Positions 63,261 to 64,000 of a DNA stretch of 64,000 bases are shown piece after piece; position 1 is the first letter of the stretch; the number at the start of each line of letters is the position of its first letter. Below the pieces are notes generated by a model. It worked only from the letters and a program-made list of their open reading frames with translations, was not told the origin of the DNA and ran no database searches. The stretch comes from Victivallaceae bacterium (GTDB lineage: Bacteria > Verrucomicrobiota > Lentisphaeria > Victivallales > Victivallaceae), in the NCBI GenBank assembly GCA_045585875.1, contig JAZMZH010000005.1:1089-65088 (forward strand), read 5' to 3'. The position numbers were made by a program, and so were the translations under genes.

Positions 63261-64000
63261 ACACCACCGACCGGGCCGTGTTCGCCGCCAGACTGGACCG
63301 GGTGCGGGAACTGATTTCCGCCCGGGTCGGCGATTACGGACGGATGCTCTCCGCGGGCATGAATCAGCGCGAGGCCGACCGGAGCGTGCTCGAGTCCGGC
63401 CGTCTCAGCGAGACCGACATGCTGCAGATCTACTGCCGGGCCTGGGAGGTCGAACCGCTGGATGAAAACGGTCCCGGCGCCTTTGAACCGTGGGACGGGG
63501 CCGAGGCCGATTATCTGCTCAATCATCAGCTGCTGCCTCTGCGCTGGGACGGGAGCGAGGTGGTTTTCGCGGCGGCCGATCCCTACGATCTCCTTGACGC
63601 CTCCTACGTCATCGGGACATTTTCCGGATTGAGCGTGGCCTTTGAATTCGGCCGCCGCAGCATGATCGAGCGTCTGCTGGAGCAGACTTACGCGGCCGCG
63701 GACGCCGTCCCGGACGACCGGGCTCCCGACGACGAAAGCGAATTGCTGAGGCTGGCCGGCGAAGCGGGCATCGTCCGCATCGTGAACGAGATGCTGACCC
63801 AGGCCCTCGAGCAGAATGCCAGCGACATCCACATCGAACCCGGGGAAAATGCGCTGATGATCCGTTTCCGGATCGACGGCATCCTCAACGATTATCTGAA
63901 ACTGCCCCGTCAGGATTATCCGGCCATCGCCTCCCGGATCAAGCTGGTGGGCGGACTGAACATCGCCGAAAGCCGTCTGCCTCAGGACGGCCGCACCGAT
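63245..64000 (+). CDS. gspE: T2SS ATPase GspE, second copy (3'-truncated by the window end; absent from the ORF track)
   Basis: My translation from the ATG at 63245: MVFRIDTTDRAVF...AGIVRIVNEMLTQALEQNASDIHIEPGENALMIRFRIDGIL...IASRIKLVGGLNIAESRLPQDGRTD. Open to the last base. Overlaps the secretin stop by 16 nt. Confidence 0.88.
   Translation, partial: MVFRIDTTDRAVFAARLDRVRELISARVGDYGRMLSAGMNQREADRSVLESGRLSETDMLQIYCRAWEVEPLDENGPGAFEPWDGAEADYLLNHQLLPLRWDGSEVVFAAADPYDLLDASYVIGTFSGLSVAFEFGRRSMIERLLEQTYAAADAVPDDRAPDDESELLRLAGEAGIVRIVNEMLTQALEQNASDIHIEPGENALMIRFRIDGILNDYLKLPRQDYPAIASRIKLVGGLNIAESRLPQDGRTD

Overview
High-G+C bacterial chromosome segment (low 60s % by eye). It is densely coding and almost entirely on the + strand. 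I could run no homology search, so all products come from motifs read in the supplied translations. I call about 65 CDS. No rRNA, tRNA or CRISPR array was recognised.

Content in order:
- A small carbohydrate cluster: an unknown 662-aa protein, an MFS permease and a CE7 acetyl-xylan esterase.
- rex followed by a trimeric HydC/HydB/HydA-type [FeFe]-hydrogenase.
- A kinase-like protein and a MarC-family membrane protein.
- A 40-bp tandem repeat, then a 50-aa small basic protein gene that is missing from the ORF track.
- A second NuoE/NuoF pair plus a [2Fe-2S]-GltD-ferredoxin fusion, packed without gaps against pyrK-pyrD.
- Two secreted proteins of unknown function and a 58-aa very basic protein.
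- A minus-strand block: FKBP isomerase, His6-type HisA, a TPR lipoprotein and an LptE-like lipoprotein.
- A kinase/HAD pair.
- A complete type II secretion (T2SS)-like operon in the order L-M-C-D-E-F-G-H-I-J-K.
- Two tandem copies of a ~155-167 bp repeat.
- rpsP-KH-trmD-rplS-rnhB, thrS, acpP-fabF, ttcA-like, leuCD-like, valS, dapA, a GT2-GtrA fusion, sfsA and a PocR/AraC regulator.
- A lower-G+C two-gene cassette bracketed by further copies of the repeat family.
- The start of a second, paralogous T2SS-like module, truncated at the window end.

The gene content (multiple T2SS-like loci, a bifurcating hydrogenase, the small basic protein) suggests an anaerobe of the PVC superphylum, perhaps Lentisphaerota. 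That is only an inference.

Strongest leads:
1. The five-gene NuoE/NuoF/GltD-fusion/PyrK/PyrD operon.
2. The four-copy repeat family with a compensatory hairpin change. Two copies carry promoter-like boxes and sit as 5' leaders.
3. The two T2SS-like modules with lipobox-bearing secretins and an RGG/GWNPG-tailed GspC-like protein.

The very long minus-strand ORFs opposite real genes are high-G+C artefacts.
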